Shown: positions 1-16,714, counted from the stretch's first letter. The stretch: DNA of 64,000 bases from Macrostomum lignano (GCA_002269645.1 NIVC01001430.1:124001-188000); one strand, 5' to 3'. Made by a program: numbers and translations. Notes: a model not told the origin generated them from the letters alone.

Positions 1-78
1 AGAGACGGTACTGAAGGACGGGACGTGAAGGGTGGGTAGAGACGGTACTGAAGGACGGGACGTGAAGGGTGGGTAGAG
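1..78. repeat. End of a 37-bp minisatellite (AGAGACGGTACTGAAGGACGGGACGTGAAGGGTGGGT), 2 copies, truncated by the window edge
   Basis: Exact 37-bp tandem duplication at the window start. Confidence 0.85.
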
Positions 79-620
79 AAGCCCCTGAATGATAGTAAAG
101 GATGAGTATACTCAGTCAGGAAGTGATGTTGGCGGGCTTGTGTGCAGAGGCAGAGGCTACACAGCTGGCAGGAGGGCATGATTTCTAGGAAAGTCACCAG
201 AGCAATGGGTTACACGCATGGGTTAGGTGGAAAAAACTTGTCAAAATTGAATGGCAGGTCTGAATGGCAGTTGATCGGTTTTAAATAAACATACTGTAGA
301 TAGACAGTTATACTTTACCGTTTTTGTACCAGTTTGCGGAGATATTTTGACTTTCTCTGATCTGGTTCAGTTCGGCCTTTTAAAATTTGACTGAAGAAGT
401 CAATACATATTTATTTCGCTCTTATGGCTTTGTATGAACTCAAATTCAGCCAGAGCTGATTGAATATTCTGTCTGATTCAGTAGATAAACAGCACATACT
501 ACCCATTTGCCAAAGTGCTTCATGTTTTATTTATGAATTGAATCTCTGCCCGTTTTTCTAACGGACACCTTAGTGATGCACATTACTGTATTCAGAACAC
601 TACTTTGAATTGTTTTAATT

Positions 621-2474
621 AGAGCAGTGTGTGCCCTGTACCAAGAGCAGTGTGTACCCTGTACCAAGAGCAGTGTGTACATGTACCAAGAGCAGTGTGT
701 GCCCTGTACCAAGAGCAGTGTGTACCCTGTACCAAGAGCAGTGTGTACCCTGTACCAAGAGCAGTGTATACCCTGTACCAAGAGCAGTGTGTACCCCATA
801 CCAAGAGCAGTCTGTACCCTGTAAGAGCAGTGTGTACCCTGTACCAAGAGCAGTGTGTACCCCATACCAAGAGCAGTGTGTACCCCATACCAAGAGCAGT
901 GTGTACCCCATACCAAGAGCAGTGTGTACCCCATACCAAGAGCAGTCTGTACCCTGTATGAGCAGTGTGTACCCTGTACCACGAGCAGTGTGTACCCTGT
1001 ACCACGAGCAGTGTGTACCCTGTACCAAGAGCAGTCTGTACCCTGTAAGAGCAGTGTGTACCCTGTACCAAGAGCAGTGTGTACCCTGTACCAAGAGCAG
1101 TGTGTACCCCATACCAAGAGCAGTCTGTACCCTGTAAGAGCAGTGTATACCCTGTACCAAGAGCAGTGTGTACCCCATACCAAGAGCAGTCTGTACCCTG
1201 TAAGAGCAGTGTGTACCCTGTACCAAGAGCAGTGTGTACCCTGTACCAAGAGCAGTGTGTACCCCATACCAAGAACAGTCTGTACCCTGTAAGAGCAGTG
1301 TGTACCCTGTACCAAGAGCAGTGTGTGCCCTGTACCAAGAGCAGTATGTACCCTGTACCAAGAGCAGTGTGTGCCCTGTACCAAGAGCAGTATGTACCCT
1401 GTACCAAGAGCAGTGTGTACCCTGTACCAAGAGCAGTGTGTACCGTGTACCAAGAGTAGTGTATACCCTGTACCAAGAACAGTGTGTACCCTGTACCAAG
1501 AGCAGTGTGTGCCCTGTACCAAGAGCAGTATGTACCCTGTACCAAGAGCAGTGTGTACCCTGTACCAAGAGCAGTGTGTACCCTGTACCAAGAGTAGTGT
1601 GTACCCTGTACCAAGAGTAGTGTATACCCTGTACCAAGAGCAGTGTGTACCCTGTACCAAGAGCAGTGTGTACATGTACCAAGAGCAGTGTATACCCTGT
1701 ACCAAGAGCAGTGTGTACCCTGTATCAAGAGCAGTGTGTACCCTGTACCAAGAGCAGTGTGTACCCTGTACCAAGAGCAGTATGTACCCTGTACCAAGAG
1801 CAGTGTGTACCCTGTACCAAGAGCAGTGTGTACCCTGTACCAAGAGTAGTGTATACCCTGTACCAAGAGCAGTGTGTACCCTGCACCAAGAGCAGTGTGT
1901 ACATGTACCAAGAGCAGTGTGTACCCTGTACCAAGAGCAGTGTGTACCCTGCACCAAGAGCAGTTTGTACCCTGTACCAAGAGCAGTGTGTACCCTGTAC
2001 CAAGAGCAGTGTGTACCCTGCACCAAGAGCAGTGTGTACATGTACCAAGAGCAGTTTGTACCCTGTACCAAGAGCAGTGTGTACCCTGCACCAAGAGCAG
2101 TTTGTACCCTGTACCAAGAGCAGTGTGTACCCTGTACCAAGAGCAGTGTGTACCCTGTACCAAGAGCAGTATGTACCCTGTACCAAGAGCAGTGTATACC
2201 CTGTACCAAGAGCAGTGTGTACCCTGTACCAAGAGCAGTGTGTACCCTGCACCAAGAGTAGTGTGTACATGTACCAAGAGCAGTGTGTACCCTGTACCAA
2301 GAGCAGTGTGTACCCTGCACCAAGAGCAGTTTGTACCCTGTACCAAGAGCAGTGTGTACCCTGTACCAAGAGCAGTGTGTACCCTGTACCAAGAGCAGTA
2401 TGTACCCTGTACCAAGAGCAGTGTATACCCTGTACCAAGAGCAGTGTGTACCCTGTACCAAGAGCAGTGGTACC
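621..2474. repeat. 23-bp minisatellite (ACCAAGAGCAGTGTGTACCCTGT)n with 21-22 bp variants
   Basis: Direct reading. The overlapping ORFs here have a 23-aa period (3 units). Confidence 0.97.
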
Positions 2475-3143
2475 ACACATCCACGCACATCCATGCCTAT
2501 TTCACAAATGAATAGAACTTCTTGCTTCTATATCCATCTCATTGTATCATGATGTATTTTTCTATATTTCCTGTTTACCCAATGCATTAGCTACTCAAGA
2601 AGAAAAAAGATTTGAGCAAATCCTTGCAATGCAGAATCTACATTTGCTCATCTGGAAGTTTGTTCAACTGCTCAGAGGGGGAACCAGGTGTCTATATTTA
2701 TAATTATAACACAATAATCTTTATTTGAGCTGCATTAATCTTAGTTAAAGTGCAACGGGCCCTGGTTTGTACAACCTATATGGCCGTGGAAAAAATCCCT
2801 AAAAATATTATTCCTATCAAAGAAACTGTTTTCTTACGCTAATGACCATGCATTCTGTTGCTTTCCTGTTTGCTTCTCGGCTGCTTTTTGAATTTTTTCA
2901 AGCAGAATTCCTGCTTCATCTTCAGATGAGGGAATTGGTCAAGCCGAGCTCTCGAGGAGAGTAGCTTGTGTTGTCCGTTGATTTTGAAAATCTTGTATGT
3001 TTGCTTTTGCTTCTGGTCACGTTTCTTCTGCCTGAAAGCGAGTCGGTGAAATCCAGTTCTTCTTTTGTGCTTCTTGGCTGCGCGCGAACAAAGCGAAATA
3101 GGGTTTCAGACAGATAAATGTATCACCTTTTACTCAAAGATTC

Positions 3144-4490
3144 GGATGTCACCTGATTGATAAGGATGTCACCTGATTGATTAGGACGTCACCTGATTGA
3201 TTAGGATGTCACCTGATTGATTAGGATGTCACCTGATTGATAAGGATGTCACCTGATTGATAAGGATGTCACCTGATTGATTAGAATGTCACCTGATTGA
3301 TAAGGATGTCACCTGATTGATTAGGATGTCACCTGATTGATTAGGACGTCACCTGATTGATTAGGATGTCACCTGATTGATAAGGATGTCACCTGATTGA
3401 TTAGGATGTCACCTGATTGATAAGGATGTCACCTGATTGATAAGGATGTCACCTGATTGATTAGAATGTCACCTGATTGATAAGGATGTCACCTGATTGA
3501 TTAGGATGTCACCTGATTGATTAGGACGTCACCTGATTGATTAGGATGTCACCTGATTGATAAGGATGTCACCTGATTGATTAGGATGTCACCTGATTGA
3601 TTAGGATGTCACCTGATTGATTAGGATGTCACCTGATTGATTAGGATGTCACCTGATTGATAAGGATGTCACCTGATTGATTAGGATGTCATCTGATTGA
3701 TAAGGATGTCACCTGATTGATTAGGATGTCACCTGATTGATAAGGATGTCACCTGATTGATAAGGATATCACCTGATTGACAAGGATGTCACCTGATTGA
3801 TAAGGATGTCACCTGATTGATAAGGATGTCACCTGATTGACAAGGATGTCACCTGATTGATAAGGATGTCACCTGATTGATTAGGATGTCACCTGATTGA
3901 TTAGGATGTCACCTGATTAATTAGGATGTCACCTGATTGATTAGGATGTCACCTGATTGATAAGGATGTCACCTGATTGATTAGGACGTCACCTGATTGA
4001 TTAGGATGTCACCTGATTGATTAAGATGTCACCTGATTGATTAGGATGTCACCTGATTGATTAGGATGTCACCTGATTGATTAGGATGTCACCTGATTGA
4101 TAAGGATGTCATTTGATGGATTAGGATGTCAACTGATTGATTAGGATGTCACCTGATTGATTAGGACGTCACCTGATTGATTAGGATGTCACCTGATTGA
4201 TTAGGATGACATCTGATTGATTAGGATGTCACCTGATTGATTAGGACGTCACCTGATTGATTAGGATGTCACCTGATTGATTAGGTTGTCATCTGATTGA
4301 TTAGGATGTCACCTGATTGATTAGGATGTCACCTGATTGACAAGGATGTCACCTGATTGATTAGGATGTCACCTGATTGATTAGGATGTCATTTGATTGA
4401 TTAGGATGTCACCTGATTGATTAGGATGTCATTTGATTGATTAGGATGTCACCTGACTGATAAGGATGTCACCTGATTGATAAGGATGTC
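3144..4490. repeat. 20-bp minisatellite A (GGATGTCACCTGATTGATTA)n
   Basis: Column-aligned 20-bp period in the listing. Confidence 0.97.
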
Positions 4491-7194
4491 ACTTGTCAGA
4501 CACGAACATCACTTGTCAGACACGGACATCACTTGTCAGACACGGACATCACTTGTCAGACACGAACATCACTTGTCAGACATGAAAATCACTTGTCAGA
4601 CACGGACATCACTTGTCAGACACGAACATCACTTGTCAGATATGAACATCACTTGTCAGATATGAAAATCACTTGTCAGACACGGGCATCACTTGTCAGA
4701 CATGAAAATCACTTGTCAGACACGGACATCACTTGTCAGACACGAACATCACTTGTCAGACACGAACATCACTTGTCAGACACGAACATCACTTGTCAGA
4801 CACGAACATCACTTGTCAGACACGAACATCACTTGTCAGACATGAAAATCACTTGTCAGACACGAACATCACTTGTCAGACACGAACATCACTTGTCAGA
4901 CACGAACATCACTTGTCAGACACGAACATCACTTGTCAGACACGAACATCACTTGTCAGACACGAACATCACTTGTCAGACATGAAAATCACTTGTCAGA
5001 CACGGACATCACTTGTCAGACACGGGCATCACTTGTCAGATATGAAAATCACTTGTCAGATATGAAAATCACTTGTCAGACACGGACATCACTTGTCAGA
5101 CACGAACATCACTTGTCAGATATGAAAATCACTTGTCAGACACGAACATCACTTGTCAGACACGAACATCACTTGTCAGACACGAACATCACTTGTCAGA
5201 CACGAACATCACTTGTCAGACACGGACATCACTTGTCAGATATGAAAATCACTTGTCAGACACGGACATCACTTGTCAGACACGGGCATCACTTGTCAGA
5301 CACGAACATCACTTGTCAGATATGAAAATCACTTGTCAGACACGGACATCACTTGTCAGACACGAACATCACTTGTCAGACACGAACATCACTTGTCAGA
5401 CACGAACATCACTTGTCAGACACGAACATCACTTGTCAGATATGAAAATCACTTGTCAGACACGGACATCACTTGTCAGACACGAACATCACTTGTCAGA
5501 CACGAACATCACTTGTCAGACACGAACATCACTTGTCAGACACGGACATCACTTGTCAGACATGAAAATCACTTGTCAGACACGGACATCACTTGTCAGA
5601 CATGAAAATCACTTGTCAGACACGGGCATCACTTGTCAGATATGAAAATCACTTGTCAGACACGGACATCACTTGTCAGACATGAAAATCACTTGTCAGA
5701 CACGGACATCACTTGTCAGACACGGACATCACTTGTCAGACACGGGCATCACTTGTCAGACACGAACATCACTTGTCAGATATGAAAATCACTTGTCAGA
5801 CACGGACATCACTTGTCAGACACGAACATCACTTGTCAGATATGAAAATCACTTGTCAGATATGAAAATCACTTGTCAGATATGAAAATCACTTGTCAGA
5901 CACGGACATCACTTGTCAGACACGGGCATCACTTGTCAGACACGAACATCACTTGTCAGATATGAAAATCACTTGTCAGACACGGGCATCACTTGTCAGA
6001 CACGAACATCACTTGTCAGATATGAAAATCACTTGTCAGACACGGACATCACTTGTCAGACACGAACATCACTTGTCAGACACGGACATCACTTGTCAGA
6101 CATGAAAATCACTTGTCAGACACGGACATCACTTGTCAGACACGGGCATCACTTGTCAGACACGAACATCACTTGTCAGATATGAAAATCACTTGTCAGA
6201 CACGGGCATCACTTGTCAGACACGGGCATCACTTGTCAGACACGAACATCACTTGTCAGATATGAAAATCACTTGTCAGACACGAACATCACTTGTCAGA
6301 CATGAAAATCACTTGTCAGACACGGACATCACTTGTCAGACACGGGCATCACTTGTCAGACACGAACATCACTTGTCAGATATGAAAATCACTTGTCAGA
6401 CACGAACATCACTTGTCAGACATGAAAATCACTTGTCAGACACGGGCATCACTTGTCAGACACGAACATCACTTGTCAGATATGAAAATCACTTGTCAGA
6501 CACGAACATCACTTGTCAGACACGGACATCACTTGTCAGACACGGGCATCACTTGTCAGACACGAACATCACTTGTCAGATATGAAAATCACTTGTCAGA
6601 CACGAACATCACTTGTCAGACATGAAAATCACTTGTCAGACACGAACATCACTTGTCAGACATGAAAATCACTTGTCAGACACGGACATCACTTGTCAGA
6701 CACGGGCATCACTTGTCAGACACGAACATCACTTGTCAGATATGAAAATCACTTGTCAGACACGAACATCACTTGTCAGACATGAAAATCACTTGTCAGA
6801 CACGGGCATCACTTGTCAGACACGGACATCACTTGTCAGATATGAAAATCACTTGTCAGACACGAACATCACTTGTCAGATATGAAAATCACTTGTCAGA
6901 CACGAACATCACTTGTCAGACATGAAAATCACTTGTCAGACACGAACATCACTTGTCAGACACGGACATCACTTGTCAGATATGAAAATCACTTGTCAGA
7001 CACGAACATCACTTGTCAGACACGAACATCACTTGTCAGACATGAAAATCACTTGTCAGACACGAACATCACTTGTCAGACACGGACATCACTTGTCAGA
7101 CACGGACATCACTTGTCAGATATGAAAATCACTTGTCAGACACGAACATCACTTGTCAGACATGAAAATCACTTGTCAGACATGGACATCACCT
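4491..7194. repeat. 20-bp minisatellite B (ATCACTTGTCAGA + variable CACGAAC/CACGGAC/CACGGGC/TATGAAA/CATGAAA)n
   Basis: 20-bp period, in phase with and abutting array A. Confidence 0.97.
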
Positions 7195-7544
7195 GCTGCA
7201 GCGCCGTGTATCATTTATATCTATCTAAATAAGCAGACAGATCAATGAGCGCAACTGTAACGAACACAAATGTTTTGTTTCGCTTTTTTCGTTTCATTAA
7301 ATGACTAACTACAGATAGTCAAATCGCAGTAAAAATCTTTTGTTAGCGGGTGCTGAATACAATTGCTAGAATTGCAACTGTGATTGCAAATCGATAGCAG
7401 CTATGGAGTCAATTAGTCTAATGATGACAGAACTAGTGAGGCTGCTTGGACCGGCACTAAAGTGCGTTCTTTGTGCCTGGTGCATGGGTGTAGTAGACAT
7501 GGAATCATATTCATAGCGCTGGTTTACGAGTCCATAGTTCTTCA

Positions 7545-8216
7545 GGAAGATCTTGACTTGCAAGTCAATAAATTTAGAGAAGATCTTGACTTGCGAGTCT
7601 ATGGATCCAGAGTAGATCTTGACTTGCGAGTCTATAGATCCAGAGTAGATCTTGATTTGCGAGTCTATAGATCCAGAGTAGATCTTGACTTGCGAGTCTA
7701 TAGATCTAGAGTAGGTTTCGACTTGCGAGTCTATAGATCTAAAGTAGGTTTCAACTTGCAAGTCTATTATAGATCTAAAGTAGATTATGACTTGCGAGTC
7801 TATAGATTTAGAGTAGGTTTTGACTTGCAAGTCTATAGATCCAGAGTAGATCTTGACTTGCGAGTCTATAGATCCAGAGTAGATCTTGACTTGCGAGTCT
7901 ATAGATCCAGAGTAGATCTTGACTTGCGAGTCTATAGATCCAGAGTAGATCTTGACTTGCGAGTCTATAGATCTAGAGTAGGTTTCGACTTGCGAGTCTA
8001 TAGATCTAAAGTAGGTTTCAACTTGCAAGTCTATTATAGATCTAAAGTAGATTATGACTTGCGAGTCTATAGATTTAGAGTAGGTTTTGACTTGCAAGTC
8101 TATAGATCTAGGGTAGATTTTGACTCGCGAGTCTATAGATCTCAAGTAGGCCTTGACTTGCGAGTGTACAGCTCTAGAGTAGATTTGACTTGCAAGTCTA
8201 TAGATTTCGAGTCGAC
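7545..8216. repeat. 33-bp minisatellite (GATCTTGACTTGCGAGTCTATAGATCCAGAGTA)n with an internal 267-bp higher-order duplication
   Basis: 11-aa period in ORFs on both strands. Marker GTAGGTTTCG occurs at 7711 and 7978. Confidence 0.93.
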
Positions 8217-8694
8217 TTAAAGTCACACGAGTCCATAGATATTGTATGAACAGACATGGACTCATGCCACTGATTCGCGAGCCTTATAGCTGTTAATTAA
8301 ATCTGTAGTTGAATATCTATATTTTTTGCCCAAAATTTTCAGTACTACATCAAGATCCGCTCAGGTGTAAATTCCCTTAAAACCGAAGCAGGCAAAAGCC
8401 GCCTGAAAAGAGAGCAGCAGCCACTCCCGTCACAGATTTTATGACACGCCGCTGCCCTAAAAAATTCTCATGCCTTTGAAAAAAACGCAAAAAGAGGCAC
8501 AAAGGCTGTCAGGTCTCATTAACACTTCTTGGCACAGAAAAGCCTTTTTCTCAGCTCATGAGCTACAGCTTCAACTCCAACTCTACCCTAATCCCAAGTT
8601 TGGCGATCTTTCAGCGAGTAGGGAAGAAACTTGTAGTTGAGATAGCTAATCCTTACACTAAACTTTGTCAGGCAAGGCTTGGGTGCTCGAGCAG

Positions 8695-9050
8695 ATAGAT
8701 CTCATTGCCTAATCTCATCGTCTAATCTCATGTAGATCTAATCTCACTGCATAATCTTCTTGTCTAATCCCATGTAGATCTATTCTTTTAGCCTAATCTC
8801 TTTGTCTAATCTCGTAGATCTAAGCTCATAGCCTAATCCTCTTGTCTAATTTTATGTAGATCTAATCTCGAGTCTAATCTCTTTATCTAATCTCGAGTAG
8901 ATCTAATCTCATTGCCTAATCTCTTTTTCTTATCTCACGTAGATCTAATCTCTAGTCTAATATCCTTATCTAATCTCATGTAAATGTAATATCTAGTCTA
9001 ATATCTTTTCACTCTCACATAGATCTCATCTCTAGTCATATCTAGTCTAT
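8695..9050. repeat. Degenerate short tandem repeat built on GTAGATCTAATCTC / GCCTAATCTC
   Basis: Recurrent motifs with irregular spacing. Confidence 0.7.
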
Positions 9051-9357
9051 AATCTCTCCTTTCACAGCCATTTAGATCCCAGTTCCAGTCTGAGAGAATG
9101 GGCTACACAGGGTTTGAAGATGATACTAGATCACCCGGCCCCATTTTACAGGAAGAAAAATCAACAGTGTGCAATTTAGCAATGGTAATCTGGTTTCATT
9201 CTTTTAGTACTGCCGTCCGCTATTTTATTATTATTTTCTGCTTGCTACATTTCTTTTCTGTTCTTTGTGACGCGCCTCAAACACGGGAGAAGTAGCTAAT
9301 GGATTGTACTCTTGCTGACGTAATCAAAATATTATTGAATTCAAGTAGCAGATCGAG

Positions 9358-9643
9358 GGCCACTTTCCTAATGTTGAGTGTCACTTTCCTAATGTCGAGT
9401 GCCGCTTTCCTAATGTTGAGTGTCACTTTCCTAATATCGGGTGCCGCTTTCCTAATGTTGAGTGTCACTTTCCTAATATCGGGTGCCGCTTTCCTAATGT
9501 TGAGTGTCACTTTCCTAATATCGGGTGCCGCTTTCCTAATGTTGAATGTCACCTTCCTAATATCGGGTGCCACTTTCCTAATGTTGAGTGTCACTGTCCT
9601 AATATGGGGTGCCACTTTCCCTAATATCGAGTGCCACTTTCCT
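9358..9643. repeat. 21-bp minisatellite alternating as a 42-bp dimer (CACTTTCCTAATGTTGAGTGT / CACTTTCCTAATATCGGGTGC)
   Basis: Direct reading. 14-aa period in the ORF track. Confidence 0.9.
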
Positions 9644-10044
9644 AAGCTTGCCGCCACTACCTGAAAGCTGTGTGCGCCATATTTTTCTCTCATTTCACCT
9701 TTAATCATCGGCAGAAGCCGCACAGTAAAAAAGCAGAAACTAATTGCTGAAAAAATTAAAGCATGTTTTTCGCAGGTTTTGCATCGTAAAAGAAGAAGAT
9801 AAACAAGCACTCTGCGAGTTCAGTTGCTATGCGCCTTAAATATTCGAATTCCAAGCGCGCACTTTATCGGCGACGGGGAGTCAATTTTGTATTTTTCTTG
9901 TTTTTTCGCAACTTGAGACATTTGGAAAATTGACAGAGATGGCGCACAAAACATTTGATGGGAATTGTGTTGCTGGGGTAGTGAGCTTTTTGTTAAAACT
10001 CAGAAGTTTATTTCTTGGATGAGGTCGGGTGGGCGGGGGCGGCT

Positions 10045-10404
10045 TCAGCCCCTCAGCGGGTGGAAGATGCCGCCGCGCTTCTTTCCGCGCAGAGGATAAA
10101 ATTGGCGCTTCTTGTTGGCGCCGTGGCCGCGCGCCGGCAGAATGCCGTAGCGATTGGGCAGCTCAGCCTCCGAGCTCTGCGACATCTCGACTAGAGCGTC
10201 GGCCAGGAGTTGCATCTGGGCCGGCGTCAGCTCGAAGCCGGGGAACTGGCGGCCAGGCTCCGTGACCTCCTCGAGGCCTTCGTCAGCCTGGCGATGCGGC
10301 TGGCGACTCTCGTAGCCGTGATGAGGCACCCGGGAGGCTGGGGCCGCCAGAGTGGCGCCAATTAGTAGCGCGGCCGATACGACCAGAACGGAGACTGCGG
10401 ACAT
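10045..10404 (-). CDS. Neuropeptide precursor, 119 aa, predicted to yield pQFYPLR-amide and GGIFHPLR-amide (natalisin/tachykinin-like FxPxR-amide)
   Basis: ATG at 10404. Hydrophobic signal peptide MSAVSVLVVSAALLIGATLA, acidic spacer, then KKR-QFYPLRG-KKR-GGIFHPLRG-stop (basic cleavage sites plus Gly amide donors). GC-rich non-repetitive sequence. Confidence 0.88.
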   Translation of the reverse strand: MSAVSVLVVSAALLIGATLAAPASRVPHHGYESRQPHRQADEGLEEVTEPGRQFPGFELTPAQMQLLADALVEMSQSSEAELPNRYGILPARGHGANKKRQFYPLRGKKRGGIFHPLRG

Positions 10405-10559
10405 TGCGGCTTCAGTTCTAACGACTGCTCAGGCTGTTCTGCTCAGTATAGAGAGTGAGACTCCAATAGATGCAGCGGGGAAGCTGACTGCTCGAGGATG
10501 GGGTAGTGGCCTTTATCCAGATGGGAGCCGGCCTGATTGGCTGCAGTCTGGTTGGCCGG

Positions 10560-10853
<294 letters not shown>

Positions 10854-11387
10854 GTCAGCTACATCAGATTTGTAGATTCTTTCCTGTGAGATCGGTGAGC
10901 AGAGGAACATTTCTAAGTTTCTTTGCTTCATAAAAGCAGGAAGTGCAGCCGCCTTGCACTCCCGTGTTTACTCAGCAGAGTGCCAAATTTTCCCCCACCC
11001 ATCGGTCTATCGCCTCTTATTTTAGCTCCTTGCCATTATCTGGACTGACTTTGACGTTGCATTTGCTTCGGATGCGAAGAAAGTCAAGCAAAAAAAACAT
11101 CGTGTCAGCTTAGTAGCAATGAGTTGGTTTTAACTGGCAGGTTGCAGCTCAGTCTGCTGCCTTTCCCGGGCAAGAAAATCCATAAAAGTTTCTCTCAATT
11201 TCAGGGAAGACGAACAAGTTTTTTTATAGAACTTAGCGTTTGGGTGCATGCAACAGGAGGCAGGATATTCTTTTCTGTGGATCGATTATTTAGCATGAGT
11301 CTCGCTCTGGACTGCTTTTTGTGCTTTGCATTGCTCTGTTCCTCAATTCTTACCTGCGCTTGAGTACTGTTGTCCCTTTACTGACGC

Positions 11388-11921
<534 letters not shown>

Positions 11922-12599
11922 TAGTGTCAGTGTCTGCCTGTCCGCCTGTAGGTCAGACTGTTTTCGATAGCTGAAAGCAGTATTTTCTAACTAAAAAGTC
12001 AACTTTGCACAAATGCTCACTTGTCTCATTTCTGGCTCTGAGTCAAAATACCTTCGTACCACTTATGAAAAGCTTAATTGGTAAGTAGACAATGTCTCTC
12101 AAGCATGTTTACTAGCAATTTCCAATTCAATTCTCTTCTCTTAAAGTCAGTTTTTCTGCCTTTAAATTATTGCCTCTTTTACTCGTTTTAGCAGAAAATT
12201 TTTCTCTCTAATCTTTGATAATCACAAAGTTTTCGAGTCTAGCAGAGCCTTATAATTCTCCGTCTTAGAAAGCTTTCTTCATGCAGACTACTCGCTGGCT
12301 TGGATATCAAATTCTCCCGGGGTTCTCAAGGGATTGGGAGTCTCAGAGTCTCTGCTGTTAATCCGCTTGAAATCTGCTCGCCGTATCCAGCAACAAAAGA
12401 TTAGTGGGTGGGATCAGCCTGCTGGGAAGCTCCAGAGTCTGCTGGTGGACGCCTGCTCAAATCTAGTTTTGGGAAATTTCTTCAGCAAGGTGGATTGAAT
12501 AGATTCTGTTGGAATGTGAGGCGCCTTTAGCATGCCCGCCTTCAACCAGATTCTTTAGAGTTATCAAAGCGATGCAGCTGGCGATGGCTGGTAGATAGA

Positions 12600-13290
12600 G
12601 GATGGGAGCAGGGATGGGATCGGGGATGCGATCGGGGATGGGATCGGGGATGCGATCGGGGATGGGATCGGGGATGGGATCGGGGATGGGATCGGGGGTG
12701 GGATCGGGGATGGGATCGGGGATGCGATCGGGGATGGGATCGGGGATGCGATCGGGGATGGGATCGGGGATGGGATCGGGGATGGGATCGGGGATGGGAT
12801 CGGGGATGGGACCGGGGATGGGATCGGGGATGCGATCGGGGATGGGATCGGGGATGGGATCGGGGATGCGATCGGGGATGCGATCGGGGATGGGATCGGG
12901 GATGGGATCGGGGATGGGATCGGGGATGGGATCGGGGATGGGATTGAGGATGGGATCGGGGATGGGATCGGGGATGGGATCGGAGATGGGAGCGGAGATG
13001 GGATCGGGGATGGGATCGGGGATGGGATCGGGGATGGGATCGGAGATAGGATCGGGGATGGGATCGGGGATGGGATCGGGGATGGGATCGGGGATGGGAT
13101 CTGGGATGGGATCGGAGATGGGAGCGGAGATGGGATCGGGGATGGGATCGGGGATGCGATGGGATGGGATCGGGGATGGGATTGGGGATGGGATCGGGGA
13201 TGCGATCGGGGATGCGATCGGGGATGCGATCGGGGATGGGATCGGGGATGGGATAGGGGATGCGATCGGAGATGGGATCGGGAATGGGAG
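12600..13290. repeat. G-rich 12-bp repeat (GGGATCGGGGAT)n
   Basis: Direct reading. Confidence 0.96.
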
Positions 13291-13367
13291 AGGTCGGGAA
13301 AATTATTGTCTCAGGGATGGCTAGAATTTGGGGTGCGGGGTTGGAATAGGGTAGAACGTGGGGTTGG

Positions 13368-13728
13368 GGTGAGGTAGAATGTGAGGTTCGGATGGGGTAG
13401 AATTTGCGGTTCGGATGGGGTAGAATGTGGGGGTTCAGATGGGGTAGAATGCGGGGTTCGTATGGAGTAGAATGTGGGGTTCATATGGGGTAGAATGTGG
13501 GGTTCATATGGGGTAGAATGTGGGGTTCATATGGGGTAGAATGTGGGGTTCATATGGGGTAGAATGTGGGGTTCATATGGGGTAGAATGTGGGGTTCATA
13601 TGGGGTAGAATGTGGGGTTCATATGGGGTAGAATGTGGGGTTCATATGGGGTAGAATGTGGGGTTCGGGATCGGGTAGAATATGAGGTTCGGATGGGGTA
13701 GAATGTGGGGTTCGGGATGGGGTAGAAT
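13368..13728. repeat. G-rich 23-bp minisatellite (GGGGTTCATATGGGGTAGAATGT)n
   Basis: Direct reading. Confidence 0.93.
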
Positions 13729-14153
13729 ACATATTTGTATTCTATCAGGGCTTGCCTTGGTGAATACATATCGCTTTAAAATTTCTTGATTTTCACGTTT
13801 AAAAGTCGTTATGCTCTACTTACAGTAAAGAAGATGCAAATTAAATATCAATAATTTTTTTCGAAACACACGTTTTTAGCTTCTTTAGGTTGTTATAGAG
13901 CACTCGCTAGCCTAGAGTTGAGTCTACAAGTAGCGCTACTGCAGAGCTCAGCTCTCAGGAAAAAATGACAAGAGCCAAGGTGCAGAGGCAAGCAAAAGAA
14001 AAAGTTGTTCCATACACACACAGATACACCGCTGCAGTGCCAGCTGGCAAGCGAAAGAAGAATGAATTAAAGAGAAAAGCGAAGGCAAGGTAATGGAACA
14101 GAGGGGTACAGGGTTTGGGCAAGGTTAGGTAGACGCCCCGTGCGCACCTAGGT

Positions 14154-14177
14154 CACGTGTCGTCATTGTTACACGTG
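14154..14177 (+). promoter_or_regulatory. Two CACGTG E-boxes about 180-200 bp upstream of the calumenin-like ATG
   Basis: CACGTG at 14154-14159 and 14172-14177; ATTGG (reverse CCAAT) nearby. Function is inferred only. Confidence 0.3.
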
Positions 14178-14352
14178 GACAAAATTGAATTGAATTGAAT
14201 AAATTTGAATATGAGCGCGACGGAGATTGGGGAGGGGTCGCAACTGGAGGCTTGAGCGCAGGTATATTAGATAGAGCAAGCCTATAGTGAGTCTAATAAC
14301 TCGCATTGCTCTGTGAATTGCTTTGAAAACTAGACATTTCTGCCAATTCACT

Positions 14353-16714
<2,362 letters not shown>

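Noticed and set aside
527-2552. Long Cys/His/Thr-rich ORFs (up to 655 aa) on both strands
   Set aside because: Translations of a stop-poor 23-bp minisatellite, open in many frames, with no unique domain or splice context.
2838-3078. Lys/Glu-rich exon-like segment on the minus strand with plausible acceptor and GTAAGA donor
   Set aside because: All three frames contain stops before the donor and no homology is recognised. It could be a terminal exon or pseudo-exon but cannot be supported.
4491-7194. CRISPR-like look (constant core with variable segment)
   Set aside because: The variable part is only 7 bp and recycles about five words. No unique spacers, no cas genes, eukaryotic context.
7366-8265. 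299-aa and 252-aa ORFs on opposite strands
   Set aside because: Both are read-through of a 33-bp (in-frame) minisatellite. No signal peptide, domain or splice evidence.
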